Origin: Spirochaetales bacterium | GTDB lineage: Bacteria; Bacillota; Clostridia; Christensenellales; UBA1242 | Assembly (NCBI GenBank): GCA_050178795.1 | Contig: JBFXFT010000001.1 | Span: 57,513 to 121,512, forward strand | Length of the DNA: 64,000 bases | Direction of reading: 5' to 3' | Program-made: the position numbers and the translations under genes | Part shown: positions 48,500 through 57,253 of the stretch, in pieces | How the letters are laid out: every line of letters begins with the position of its first letter | Position numbering within the stretch: position 1 is the first letter of the stretch | The notes under the pieces: model-generated | Database searches by the model: none | What the model was told of the DNA's origin: nothing | Seen by the model: the letters and a program-made list of their open reading frames with translations, nothing else

Positions 48500-49321
48500 C
48501 TATTTATAATAGTATTTTCTTTTGTTATCGTACCTGGTTGTTTGAGTTAAAGTATAATAAGCGGTCATACTTAGGCTTGAATAGTACATTATTAACAAGG
48601 CTACGCATATAACACTTATTAATGGCATAACTATGGTGCCTGAAAATAAAATTGCTATAAGACCAATTACTAAAGTTGGCACTAAAACCGCTACAAGTAT
48701 GCCTAAACTGTCTTTTTCTACAAGTTTAATGACGCTTGCTAGCGAGGTTTTAAACTGAGAACCGTTTACGATCATACTTGGAACATTTAAAAACATAACG
48801 CCAGCAATAAGTGCATAAATGGTAAGTATTGCAAGTACTATAACTGTGCTCAAAACTACATTAAAAGCGGTTGGAACATTGTTGATTCCAGATAAAATTA
48901 AATGTGTTAAAAATAATAGAGTGCTAGTTAAAAACATAATTACGAAGGCAATTAATAAAAATGCGAACATATTGGCAATTACCACCAAAATGTTGGAGTT
49001 TACATGCTCTTTTAGTGCTCTAAAATTTGTTTTGCCACTCCTCATGTGGTTTTCTATTTGACCGATGATTGCACTGACAAATATCGCAAGTAAAGACATA
49101 CCAAACACGGCAATTACAAAATTTAGAAAATTAATATTCAAAATGTAATTGAAAATTGTATCAAAACTAGCAATATTCATAGAGGCATAGTCTTTTATAA
49201 ATTCAAAAATTTTAAATGGGTTCAAAAGTAGCCCTAAAAATACAGCAGGAATGATTGCAAACAAAAACATATATAAAAAGTTTTTAAACATATAAGAAAG
49301 CCCTGCTCTAACAAATTTCAT
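48500..49321 (-). CDS. Polytopic membrane protein, unknown function (paralog of previous gene)
   Basis: 273 aa with about 6 TM spans. C-terminal motif is LIMYYSSLSMTAYY. It has its own promoter (TTGCTA, 17 nt, TATAAT) and SD GAGGGA. Confidence 0.65.
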   Translation of the reverse strand: MKFVRAGLSYMFKNFLYMFLFAIIPAVFLGLLLNPFKIFEFIKDYASMNIASFDTIFNYILNINFLNFVIAVFGMSLLAIFVSAIIGQIENHMRSGKTNFRALKEHVNSNILVVIANMFAFLLIAFVIMFLTSTLLFLTHLILSGINNVPTAFNVVLSTVIVLAILTIYALIAGVMFLNVPSMIVNGSQFKTSLASVIKLVEKDSLGILVAVLVPTLVIGLIAILFSGTIVMPLISVICVALLIMYYSSLSMTAYYTLTQTTRYDNKRKYYYK

Positions 49322-49402
49322 ACTCGTCCCTCACTATTTTTAATTATAATATAAAAAGAAAAGTTTAGCAAACATATAAATCGGTATAATGACATTGCAA
49401 GC

Positions 49403-49434
49403 AAAAAAAAGGAAGGTCATTTTGCCTTCCTTTT
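49403..49434 (-). terminator. terminator closing the phage-derived operon
   Basis: Minus strand reads AAGGAAGG-CAAAATGA-CCTTCCTT followed by TTTTTTTTGC. Confidence 0.8.
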
Positions 49435-49437
49435 TTA

Positions 49438-49674
49438 TTAATCTTGACTTTTGTTGCCTTCATCGGTGTTGTCGCTATAGCCACTGCCACTAGTAGGGTC
49501 AGATATTATGCCAAGCACAACAAATACTCCGCAAACACTGGTTACAATTCCCATTATTAACTCGTTGTCAATTTTAAAGCCTAGCGCTTCGCCTATCGTT
49601 TGCAAAACAAGTATCAAAGCGGCGGCAAGACTTATCCAAAAGCCATAATTTTTAACTTTTTGTTTTAAATTCAT
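49438..49674 (-). CDS. Holin (phi-LC3-like family)
   Basis: 78 aa. MNLKQKVKNYGFWISLAAALILVLQTIGEALGF...GIVTSVCGVFVVLGIISDPTSGSGYSD matches the remembered family pattern K.R.KN..FW..L..A.LLL.Q...G......VF..L.ILGI..DPT..G..DS. It has two TM helices. Confidence 0.75.
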   Translation of the reverse strand: MNLKQKVKNYGFWISLAAALILVLQTIGEALGFKIDNELIMGIVTSVCGVFVVLGIISDPTSGSGYSDNTDEGNKSQD

Positions 49675-49689
49675 TTCATACTCCTAAAA

Positions 49690-49902
49690 TTAATATTTTT
49701 GCCTAAGTACTAAATGTTTAATTTGTTTAACATCTGTCTTAATGTCTTTTACTGTGCCTAAATGTTCGTTTAAGTCTTTTATTGTTTCTTGGTACTTTTT
49801 TTCTCTTTTATTGCTGTCCTTTAATTCAAATATTAAAAGCCCAACAAATAGCGCCGCCCATAAACCATTGCCTATTGCCAAATCAAAAATTTGTTCCCAC
49901 AT
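49690..49902 (-). CDS. BhlA/UviB-family holin-like peptide
   Basis: 70 aa. N-terminal TM (AIGNGLWAALFVGLLIFELKDSNKREKKYQ) followed by a charged helix, closely following the BhlA pattern (...GIFAALFVYLLFYVLKENSKRE.KYQ...). Confidence 0.7.
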   Translation of the reverse strand: MWEQIFDLAIGNGLWAALFVGLLIFELKDSNKREKKYQETIKDLNEHLGTVKDIKTDVKQIKHLVLRQKY

Positions 49903-50175
49903 TTATAGTTTAAACGCCTCGCTTAGGTTATGCACCATTTGCTCGCTTAAATTTGGGTGTGTTGCAATATAATTTACTACTTCTTCTTTACTTGAGTCCT
50001 TAAAGTATTCCTGTATAATGGAAAACTCTACTTTTTCTCTCGCTTGTTTTAAGGTTAAAGGTTCTGTTTTTTCGTCACCATTAAAAGTGACCTCAATTTT
50101 TTCTTGTTCTGTAACTTGACTATTATTTTCGTCAATTTCTTCATTTAATTTTTCATTAAAAAGGGTATCAAACAT
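49903..50175 (-). CDS. Phage hypothetical protein (acidic, 90 aa)
   Basis: Start is at ATG 50175, 7 nt after a perfect SD AAAGGAGGAA. An alternative upstream ATG at 50262 (119 aa, track ORF) lies 1 nt after the preceding stop. Its stop abuts the BhlA start (TAAATG). Confidence 0.55.
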   Translation of the reverse strand: MFDTLFNEKLNEEIDENNSQVTEQEKIEVTFNGDEKTEPLTLKQAREKVEFSIIQEYFKDSSKEEVVNYIATHPNLSEQMVHNLSEAFKL

Positions 50176-50263
50176 ATTTATTCCTCCTTTTTTTATGTAA
50201 TACTTTTGTCTAATTTTTGTAAACGCTTTTTGTAAAAATTTTTTGCTGTGTAAAACGTTCATA

Positions 50264-51769
50264 TTACACCAAATTTAACTTAATTTTGGCGTTAGATATA
50301 AACGCTTTATCTGTTAGGCTTTCTATTTTTATTCCTATCATTTCACCTTTCAAGTTCGGTCTTATTTTACTTGTGGTCGCCTTGCCTGAAATAGCAAAAG
50401 TTTTAGACGTACTTTCTGTAAAAACGGTCAAATTTATGTCGTAATAAGTAAGAAGGCTAATTTCCTTTACCACTTTTTCGGTTGCAGGGTAGCCTAAGTC
50501 ACTTATTGGAGAATACCAATGTTTTACTGTGTTATCTTCAAAAAATTTGCCATTATTCTCAAGTTGTCCTAAGTTTTGGCTGTACCCAGTATTAAAACAA
50601 AACACCATTTTGCTCATGCTTTCTACTTGAATAGAGGTCATACTAACGACGTCAATGCCCCTTATTATGTTGAATGTATTTGTTTTTACATCTAACTCAA
50701 TAAGTGTGTTATTGATGTGATCTGGGTCACTTTCTGAGCCTATTTCGTTACTATCTGGGTAGTTTAATTTACAAGAGACATAGTATTTACCTTCGTGGTA
50801 GTTTGCCACTGCCTGCTCGTTATAAATGCCGTCAAATAAAGAGTCTATTTTTAGATCTATTTTTGAGGTAGTTATGCCATCAAACTCGTAAATTCCGTCC
50901 TTTGTAAGCATTAAAATTTTGTCACCGCAAACACAAATTGTGTTTTTGTAAATTCTATTGCCAGATACAAATAGTTGACTAACATTTATTTCGTCGGAGC
51001 CATCATAAGTCTTTATTTTTGCTATTCCAAAGTCTCTAAACGCAAAAACATAACCCAAAAAACTTATTACCTTGTTTATTCCGCCACGCATATCGTTCAT
51101 TTCTATATATGGGTTGCTTGCATCTGTTAGGTCTGTTGTCCATGTTGTTGGGTCCAAATTTGAGGAGTACCTAATTAAATTGCGCTCGCCACCAATCGTT
51201 GCAAAAAGTTTGTCCTTATGCTCGCAAAGTGAACTTATTTTTGGAGCGGTTGAAACCACTTGTGGCACATCTTCTCCGTTCCAATATGCCATTCCGTCTG
51301 CTTCACTGGTCAAAATTATGGTGTCTTTACCATTTATTTTGTAGTTCATAGCAACAGGCCTTTCGGTAAATGTTATGCCACTAAGTAAAAAGAAAGTTGG
51401 AGTAATGCTAAAAAGCCTTGCGTAATAAATTAAATGGTCTTTTGTATATACCATTAGTTTATCTATTCTTTTGCCTTGAATTTCGCTATAGTGTTTAAAG
51501 TGCCAAATTGAGTCAATCTCTTTTCCGTCTGGTAGAGTTGGCAGATTTTCTATGTTTGGGTCATCTGCTGTTTCTGGTATTAACAGTTCTGCAAAACCAA
51601 GTCCCTCAACTAGAGCGCCATTTTCAAAATTATAGTTATAGGCATTTGTAGCGTATTTAAAGGGCATAATGTTCTCTGCAATCTCTGTATTTACACCATT
51701 TTTAAAGTCGCTTATATTTAAAGTTACTTCTTTTGGGGTTTGATATTTTAATGTCTTAGCATAAAACAT
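50264..51769 (-). CDS. Phage structural protein candidate (501 aa; possible tail/nozzle, beta-propeller-like)
   Basis: Start is at ATG 51769 behind SD TAGGAGGTGG, overlapping the upstream stop (TAATG). The sequence is beta-rich and repetitive (…DKLFATIGGERNLIRYS…, …DKILMLTKDGIYEFDG…). The role is inferred from position only. Confidence 0.45.
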   Translation of the reverse strand: MFYAKTLKYQTPKEVTLNISDFKNGVNTEIAENIMPFKYATNAYNYNFENGALVEGLGFAELLIPETADDPNIENLPTLPDGKEIDSIWHFKHYSEIQGKRIDKLMVYTKDHLIYYARLFSITPTFFLLSGITFTERPVAMNYKINGKDTIILTSEADGMAYWNGEDVPQVVSTAPKISSLCEHKDKLFATIGGERNLIRYSSNLDPTTWTTDLTDASNPYIEMNDMRGGINKVISFLGYVFAFRDFGIAKIKTYDGSDEINVSQLFVSGNRIYKNTICVCGDKILMLTKDGIYEFDGITTSKIDLKIDSLFDGIYNEQAVANYHEGKYYVSCKLNYPDSNEIGSESDPDHINNTLIELDVKTNTFNIIRGIDVVSMTSIQVESMSKMVFCFNTGYSQNLGQLENNGKFFEDNTVKHWYSPISDLGYPATEKVVKEISLLTYYDINLTVFTESTSKTFAISGKATTSKIRPNLKGEMIGIKIESLTDKAFISNAKIKLNLV

Positions 51770-52338
51770 TATAACCACCTCCTAACAGGCATTTTTATGT
51801 CGCTCTTTTTGCGACTTGCCACTAATAGTGCATCCTTAAAGCGTTGTTCCCAAGTTGTAGCTTCGTCAAATAGTCCACTTATTAATGAATATTCTGCTGT
51901 AACTCCATATGCCACAATTCTTTCTGTCAACTTGCCACCAAAAGTTTCAATATTGCCATCTAGAGTAGCGCTTTCTGGTGCGTAAGAATACTCTAAATTG
52001 TAAGTTCCGTTTTCTAAAACTATTGCGGTAGGAAACATTTTATATTTTACATTTACACCATTTTCGTCAGTAAGTTTAATTACATTTATTAAACGTTTTG
52101 CAAGGCTACTTAATGCTATTTCTTCGTCTAGCACTATAACCTCTTCTTCATAATTTAGGGGTATGTAGTCTGTTGCTATTTCGTCATAGACTAAATTTAA
52201 ACACCTAACTAATAACTCTAAATTTTTGGTGGTTAGTGCCGAAGGCTCTGTTACCTCCCCACCAAATGTTGTAAGTTCTAAAACGTCCTCCATTTGCAAA
52301 TATGTTGCAACAAGTTTTATTATTTCTGTAACACTCAT
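51769..52338 (-). CDS. Phage structural protein candidate (189 aa; possible head-tail adaptor)
   Basis: Intact ORF translationally coupled to the 501-aa gene. The size and position after the capsid gene resemble podovirus adaptor proteins. No motif recognised. Confidence 0.4.
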   Translation of the reverse strand: MSVTEIIKLVATYLQMEDVLELTTFGGEVTEPSALTTKNLELLVRCLNLVYDEIATDYIPLNYEEEVIVLDEEIALSSLAKRLINVIKLTDENGVNVKYKMFPTAIVLENGTYNLEYSYAPESATLDGNIETFGGKLTERIVAYGVTAEYSLISGLFDEATTWEQRFKDALLVASRKKSDIKMPVRRWL

Positions 52339-52350
52339 ACTCTTCCTCCT

Positions 52351-52740
52351 TTATACCCATTTTGTTTTGTAAGCGTCGTCAAAGTTAAGGTCAAAATTAT
52401 TACCTTTGCCCTCAATAAAATCAAGCATTTCTTTTAGTTTTATTTGTGCTTCGTCTAACGCTTTATTTTGTTCGGTAATCTCTAATTTTTTATTGTTTTT
52501 TTCTATTTCTGCGGTCAATTTTTCTAAATTTTCTCGCTTTGTTTTTAATAAATGTTCAATAGTTCTATAGTCAAGGTCTTTAAATGGCAAAACCAACTCT
52601 AAAACCTCTTTTTTAGGTGTGCTATAAAATATTTCATAGCGACTTTTAAAATAGTTCCATTTTATTATGTAATTTTTATCAATGTTTTTTATGCGTTTAC
52701 TTATGTTAAAAGTATCATCCATTATTTTTTTATATTTCAA
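52351..52740 (-). CDS. Phage hypothetical protein (129 aa, coiled-coil C-terminal half)
   Basis: TTG start 6 nt after AGAGG (alternative ATG at 52722). First gene after the capsid-gene terminator. Confidence 0.5.
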   Translation of the reverse strand: MKYKKIMDDTFNISKRIKNIDKNYIIKWNYFKSRYEIFYSTPKKEVLELVLPFKDLDYRTIEHLLKTKRENLEKLTAEIEKNNKKLEITEQNKALDEAQIKLKEMLDFIEGKGNNFDLNFDDAYKTKWV

Positions 52741-52770
52741 TTTTAACCTCTATACCACATAGTAAATTTT

Positions 52771-52804
52771 AAAAAAACAAGGGCAAGCAAGATTTGCTTA
52801 CCCT
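52771..52804 (-). terminator. strong terminator after the major capsid gene
   Basis: Minus strand reads AGGGTAAGCAA-ATC-TTGCTTGCCCT followed by TGTTTTTTT. Confidence 0.8.
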
Positions 52805-52845
52805 ATGTCTTTGTTATTGTTTATGAGTTTAACCTAATAAAAGAA

Positions 52846-54027
52846 TTAAGCTGCGCTTGCTGTACCGTCTAAGCCACTAATTTTTGCTTGACCAGATGGT
52901 TTATTACAAATAAGGTCAGCATATTTTACTAGCGTTGCTGTATAAGTTGCGTAACCTGGCATTTGTTTAATAATTCTGCCATCTTCACCTTCTAGCCATT
53001 TCCAGTCACATAGTTGATGTAAAGAAAATTCACTAGTATCAAGTAAATACATTGCGTCTTCTGCTACAAAGCGGTCTGCTATTACAGGAATTCCGTTGTA
53101 TGAAATTGCCTTAAAGCCACCAGCTAGTTCCATAACATCAATATTGCGTCTAAAAGTTGCTAAGTATTGTTGATATGCTCTTTTTACTTTTTGGCTAGTT
53201 GCAATAAAGTCAATGTCACTGCCAGAAACCTCTTCCAAATAGTCAATAGCGGTTTGAATTACAGTGTCGCCAATTCCACCTACGCTGCCTTGCATATATG
53301 GAGTCATCCAAGAGTGTTCGCTCCTATCTACGCCGTATAGACTGCCGTCTGAAGCAAATATTTTGCCTAGGCCTGTAAGTTCTAAGTCCTTAGAATTTTG
53401 AACTGTAAAGTAGTAACCTGCGGCAGTTGCAGCATCTGGGTCAACGCTCAATTTTATTTGTTTGTTTGCCCTATCAATATAGTTGATTCTGGCAGTTTTG
53501 CCTGTAACTTTTACATCTGCATCTGTGTAGGTATCTATTGTCATACCTTCCATTAAATTTCTTACAGAGTCTACTGTAATCAATTTTGTTTCTGTGCTAT
53601 ATGCGGTAACTGTTGCAATTACGCCAGAACCATCGCCGTATAGCATACGTCCAAAGTTAAAGGCACTTGCCCTAACTAGACCTTCCATTTCTGCGTTTAA
53701 TAGGTTTACAAAAGAGCCAGCATTATTGCTAGATGCCCTTATTGCTTTGTCGCTAAGTTCTATTGTTCCATATAAGTTTTTTAATTCGCTAACAAATTGA
53801 ACATAGTTGTTTGAAGCAGCAGAAGGAAGTGCGCCTTCCTCAGTACCTGCGCCAACACCACCGTTTAGTCCAAATGGTGCAAGTTTTCTAACTTCTTTGC
53901 CCCAAACGTCTGCTGTTGTTTGTTTAATTCTTGATAAAAGTGGGTTTGCCTCTGTGTTTAATTGGTTGCTAACTACTCCCAAATAAACGGTTTTTAGGGC
54001 ATTTTCTGCACTTGTTAAAGTAACCAT
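52846..54027 (-). CDS. Phage major capsid protein
   Basis: 393 aa with a very strong SD (TAGGAGGAA). It follows the scaffold gene and is followed by a strong terminator. There is no adjacent protease, so the system is scaffold-dependent. The fold is not verifiable here. Confidence 0.7.
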   Translation of the reverse strand: MVTLTSAENALKTVYLGVVSNQLNTEANPLLSRIKQTTADVWGKEVRKLAPFGLNGGVGAGTEEGALPSAASNNYVQFVSELKNLYGTIELSDKAIRASSNNAGSFVNLLNAEMEGLVRASAFNFGRMLYGDGSGVIATVTAYSTETKLITVDSVRNLMEGMTIDTYTDADVKVTGKTARINYIDRANKQIKLSVDPDAATAAGYYFTVQNSKDLELTGLGKIFASDGSLYGVDRSEHSWMTPYMQGSVGGIGDTVIQTAIDYLEEVSGSDIDFIATSQKVKRAYQQYLATFRRNIDVMELAGGFKAISYNGIPVIADRFVAEDAMYLLDTSEFSLHQLCDWKWLEGEDGRIIKQMPGYATYTATLVKYADLICNKPSGQAKISGLDGTASAA

Positions 54028-54043
54028 AAATTCCTCCTAATTT

Positions 54044-54736
54044 TTAAATTTTAAAGAAGGCCTTAGCAAGTTCCTTTGCCTCGTCTAGGTTCTTTGGCTT
54101 GTTTTTTGGCGCCAAACTAAAAGCCGAACCAGTGTGCGCCGTCATTACTGTAGCCCCTCTATTTTCTTTAAGTGATGTTAAATAATTTTGTATTATTTTT
54201 TCCTTCACTTTTTTGTTGTTTAATATATAGTTTTCAATAAAGTCTTCGTCTTCACTCAAAACTTCATTTGACCTATATTTGCCTGCTAAGATTTTTGAAT
54301 AAGCAAGTTCAAACGGTGTTTCAAGTTTACTTAAAACGTTGTCGTTTTTTACTAATTCAATTATTTCCGTGGCGTAGTTTTTTGCTTGTGGGGTGTTTTT
54401 AAAAAACTCGTCTAATTTTTGATTGTTGTTTCCAAATTCGGGTGCAACAGGTGTTACATTTTCCGTTTTTTCACTTAAATCTTTTAACACTTGACTTAAC
54501 TTTTGGCTCTTTCTAGTAAACTCCGACTGAAGATTATTATATGCCTCTAGTAAACTCTTGGTGTCCTTAAACTTGCCCACTGGCGAGCCCTCTAAAAACT
54601 CATCTGACACCTCTTCATCATTCAAATTTTCGGTACTAACCGCTTGTGTACTGTCAGTTTTTATTGGTTGTTCGCTATTATTTTGAGAGGAGTTTATTAA
54701 AAATTCTTCCTCTTTTTCTAATTTAATTTCTTCCAC
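54044..54736 (-). CDS. Phage scaffolding protein
   Basis: 230 aa (GTG start, SD AGGAG). Acidic and helical, located between portal and capsid. The segment ...GKFKDTKSLLEAYNNLQSEFTRKSQKL... resembles capsid-assembly scaffold proteins. Confidence 0.55.
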   Translation of the reverse strand: MEEIKLEKEEEFLINSSQNNSEQPIKTDSTQAVSTENLNDEEVSDEFLEGSPVGKFKDTKSLLEAYNNLQSEFTRKSQKLSQVLKDLSEKTENVTPVAPEFGNNNQKLDEFFKNTPQAKNYATEIIELVKNDNVLSKLETPFELAYSKILAGKYRSNEVLSEDEDFIENYILNNKKVKEKIIQNYLTSLKENRGATVMTAHTGSAFSLAPKNKPKNLDEAKELAKAFFKI

Positions 54737-54761
54737 TTTTTTCTCCTAAATGTTTTTTATT

Positions 54762-56678
54762 TTATTGTGTTTGTAAAAGTGCTTTGTGTTCGTTTATGTG
54801 TTCTAAAAGCATATCCTTTAATTTTGGTTTTTGAAGTACTGTCTTTTCATACTCTCCACCTAACATAAAGGCTATGTGCTCGTCTATGTGAAGTTTATGG
54901 TCGTCAATTTCTAGGACTTCTATTTTTTTAGTGCTATATGCAAAGTCTAAGTTTTCCCTTTTTGCCCTGTCTATTTGAAGTTCGTTAAGGTCACTTCTAT
55001 CTTCCCAAACTCCAAACCCCAACATTTCAAGGGTTTTAGAGCGTATGCGATTACTTAATTTTCCATTTTCATCCTGCAATAGACCAGCCTTTAAAAGTTC
55101 AAAAATCATATTTCGTTTTTGGGTTAGAGTTTCGCCTAGTTCTGTTTGCGTTTCAAAAATTATATCATCGCTATTGATGTTTGAAGACTCAAAGTAAAAC
55201 ATTTCTACCGAGCCATCTTTACCTATTATTTTTGCAAGCCTACTGCCAACAGTAAATTGTTTATACAGTCTTAAAATTTGAGCGGCTAGGTGCTTTGCGC
55301 AAAATTTTACTTGATCTGCAACGCTATTTAGCCTTGTATTGTCTTGTTCTAGTAAAATTTCTAGCGCGTTACCGCTTATGGTTGAAGTGTTAATTTTGGA
55401 GTTTAGCATAAGGTCGCTCACGCCACTTATTTGTATGAATTCATTAAGTAAGCGCTCTTCTTCGTCGCTAAAATCGCTTGGAATTTCGCCAGAGTCCATA
55501 ATTTTTGGTGCAGAACTGCCTTGCCTATAAATTAGTACTTTTCCTGGGCTTAGCCCTTCTTCTTCTAAGTTGTCTACGTCTACACTACCGTCCTCTACGG
55601 TTAGAATACCCATACTTATACGATTCAAAAACTCGTGTTTTCTGTTTTTTACTGCGTTGTACGCCCTTTGCACTGGAATTAGTCTTTCAATTATGCTGGT
55701 GCCCCAAAAACTGCCTGGTTGTTCTATTGAGTCTTGCTTAATAAAGGGGAAGCCGCGCTTGTCTTCTACCCTGTTTACATAAGGAAGTTCCCCTATGTAT
55801 AAAAGTTTGTCGCCTGCCACTATTATTACTCTTCCATTTGGATGGTCAACACTTGGCGACTCGTACTTTTCTATTACTATTGCGTGGTTACTTTTTACCT
55901 TGCTTATTACTTTTGGTACACTTGCCGTATAGCCAAGTCCACCAATGGTAGATATGTTGTCAAGCGAGAATACATCAATATTTTCACCCTTAACCTCGGC
56001 ACCCCAAATGCTTTTTATGTCGTCAATATGATAGGCTTTTGCGTGAATTATGCTCCTGCAATCGTCAATGCTTGTAGCGTTATTGCTCTCTGGAAAAATT
56101 TCATAAGGAGGGCAAACCGTCACATTTATGTCGCCCTCTTTAATTTTGTTTCCTTCCTCGTCAATTCCTACAATATTGCCTGCTTTTGAGTCCCAAGTAA
56201 CCTTGTAAAAACTTGTGCCACAAATTTCGCTCCATACAGTTGCGTCGCTAATTTTTTCGCTCAAACTTAGTTTATGGTAAGCCGAGTTTATTATGTTTTT
56301 ACTTACTTTTGCAGTGTTTATGTCTGCTTCACTTGTGCTTGCTGGCACAACAGACATTGTTGGCCTAACCTTACTAAGTTTACTTATTCGCACTTCTACA
56401 AGTGGCGCTATGTGGTTATAAATTTCGCGTTCTTGCCAAAAATATTGCTTTTCGTAGTCCTCAATATCGCCTGTTCCTGCAATGGTGCAATACTGATTTC
56501 CAAGTAAAAAGTTCATATTTAATTGCCACTGATTTTCGTAAGATTTGCGCTCTTGTTGCCTAACCTTAAAGTCGTCTCTTACTTCCTGTACTAAGTCTTC
56601 CAGATATTTGTCGCCATATATGTGGCTATAAATATGGTCGTTGTTAGTTGGTTTTTTGTTTTTTGTTTTACTAATCAT
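54762..56678 (-). CDS. Phage portal protein
   Basis: 638 aa. Position lies between the terminase and scaffold/capsid genes. N-terminal ...SYENQWQLNMNFLLGNQY... is portal-like. Confidence 0.7.
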   Translation of the reverse strand: MISKTKNKKPTNNDHIYSHIYGDKYLEDLVQEVRDDFKVRQQERKSYENQWQLNMNFLLGNQYCTIAGTGDIEDYEKQYFWQEREIYNHIAPLVEVRISKLSKVRPTMSVVPASTSEADINTAKVSKNIINSAYHKLSLSEKISDATVWSEICGTSFYKVTWDSKAGNIVGIDEEGNKIKEGDINVTVCPPYEIFPESNNATSIDDCRSIIHAKAYHIDDIKSIWGAEVKGENIDVFSLDNISTIGGLGYTASVPKVISKVKSNHAIVIEKYESPSVDHPNGRVIIVAGDKLLYIGELPYVNRVEDKRGFPFIKQDSIEQPGSFWGTSIIERLIPVQRAYNAVKNRKHEFLNRISMGILTVEDGSVDVDNLEEEGLSPGKVLIYRQGSSAPKIMDSGEIPSDFSDEEERLLNEFIQISGVSDLMLNSKINTSTISGNALEILLEQDNTRLNSVADQVKFCAKHLAAQILRLYKQFTVGSRLAKIIGKDGSVEMFYFESSNINSDDIIFETQTELGETLTQKRNMIFELLKAGLLQDENGKLSNRIRSKTLEMLGFGVWEDRSDLNELQIDRAKRENLDFAYSTKKIEVLEIDDHKLHIDEHIAFMLGGEYEKTVLQKPKLKDMLLEHINEHKALLQTQ

Positions 56679-56680
56679 AA

Positions 56681-56902
56681 CTAATCTTCCTTTTTAAATT
56701 TTTTAGGTTCTTTTAATATATTTTTAGGGCTTAACGGCACTAACTCGCGAGAAATAGTTTCGTGTAAGTCGTTTAAACAGTTCTTGCAGAGTTTTGTGTT
56801 TCCAATGTTCCAAAAACGCCTAAATTTTAAAATGTATGTTGCATCATTTTTGCAATTTGGAGTGTCGCACTTACTCTTCTCCTTCACTCTCTCCAGTTCC
56901 AT
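56681..56902 (-). CDS. Phage small zinc-ribbon protein
   Basis: 73 aa from ATG 56902 (SD GGAG; the track ORF extends to 56926). Contains C..C (CDTPNC) ... C..C (CKNC). Overlaps the 3' end of the TerS-like gene in another frame. Confidence 0.5.
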   Translation of the reverse strand: MELERVKEKSKCDTPNCKNDATYILKFRRFWNIGNTKLCKNCLNDLHETISRELVPLSPKNILKEPKKFKKED

Positions 56903-57245
56903 CTGTTTCTCCTTTTTGTAAATCATTTAATAAGTTTAATAACTTTATTTTTTCCTCCTCCAACTCCTCATCACTCATATCTCTAAACGAACTCGCACCA
57001 TTTTTGAAGTCAAGTTCTAAAAGTGCCTTAACAGCCGATATGTCTGGCGGAATGTTTTTATAACTTACTTTGCGCTTGGTTAAAATTAACTCTCCGTCGT
57101 CTTTATCTTTACTATATTCTTCTATAACTTCTTCAAGTTTGTAGCCAAGAGCCTTTTTATATAAAACATCTGTAAGTTTGTCCTTTTTAGCATTTGAAGG
57201 TTGTCGTTGGTCTTCTAATTTTGCATTTTTTACTCTTTTAGCCAT
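56871..57245 (-). CDS. Terminase small-subunit-like protein lacking an N-terminal HTH domain
   Basis: 124 aa from ATG 57245 (SD GAGGAA). The segment LTDVLYKKALGYKLEEVIEEY...GELILTKRKVSYKNIPPDISAVKALLELDFKNG parallels the oligomerisation core of SPP1/SF6 G1P (LEHLTRIALGQEKEQV...THVEVSAKDRIKALELLGKAH). The C-terminal tail is acidic. It lies downstream of TerL. Confidence 0.5.
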   Translation of the reverse strand: MAKRVKNAKLEDQRQPSNAKKDKLTDVLYKKALGYKLEEVIEEYSKDKDDGELILTKRKVSYKNIPPDISAVKALLELDFKNGASSFRDMSDEELEEEKIKLLNLLNDLQKGETDGTGESEGEE

Positions 57246-57253
57246 AAAATTCC

